NCBI GenBank assembly: GCA_963835065.1
Contig: CAWIEK010000063.1
Location: 192,001 to 256,000, forward strand
Direction: 5' to 3'
Length of the DNA stretch: 64,000 bases
Source of the DNA: an uncultured Chthonomonadaceae bacterium
Lineage (GTDB): Bacteria; Armatimonadota; Chthonomonadetes; Chthonomonadales; Chthonomonadaceae
This document shows, piece after piece, positions 63,956 through 64,000 of the stretch. The notes under the pieces were generated by a model. It did not search any database. It saw only the letters and a list, made by a program, of their open reading frames with translations, and was not told the DNA's origin. A program made the position numbers and the translations under genes. Position 1 is the stretch's first letter, and every line of letters begins with the position of its first letter.

Positions 63956-64000
63956 CACCCAACACCGAATACCTGAACACCTGAACACCCGAATACCGAA
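63946..64000. repeat. Mixed 7/8-mer C-rich array (CCRAYAC / CCTGAAYA), runs off window
   Basis: caacacctgacacccaacaccgaatacctgaacacctgaacacccgaataccgaa. Confidence 0.8.

Overview
A 64-kb, high-GC chromosomal window, most likely from an Armatimonadota bacterium. This is inferred from several '[33 protein letters not shown]' prepilin/H-X9-DG proteins and Planctomycete-type DUF1549/DUF1553 proteins. Core content: a tRNA-Tyr/tRNA-Thr-tuf-rpmG-tRNA-Trp-secE-nusG-rplK-(inserted ORF)-rplA cluster with no rplJL, sugar-catabolism genes, an ABC/MoxR cluster and a CHASE3 two-component cluster. Accessory content: an orphan terminase, an Rpn-like nuclease, a Tat-signal RHS protein with an 8-Cys defensin-like tip next to a TlpA oxidoreductase, a cluster of five secreted proteins including two caspase-like and one papain-like protease, and an M28-peptidase/AAC(3) fusion. 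The most striking structure is a pervasive family of inverted repeats built from tandem 7-mers (sometimes 6- or 8-mers). The unit differs from site to site but the architecture and G-rich-then-C-rich polarity are constant. These elements fill most spacers of the ribosomal cluster and have also entered coding sequences (signal peptide, prepilin leader, domain loops). REP-like, boxC-like and IS5-type MITE elements co-occur. About a dozen single-base frameshifts probably reflect long-read assembly error.
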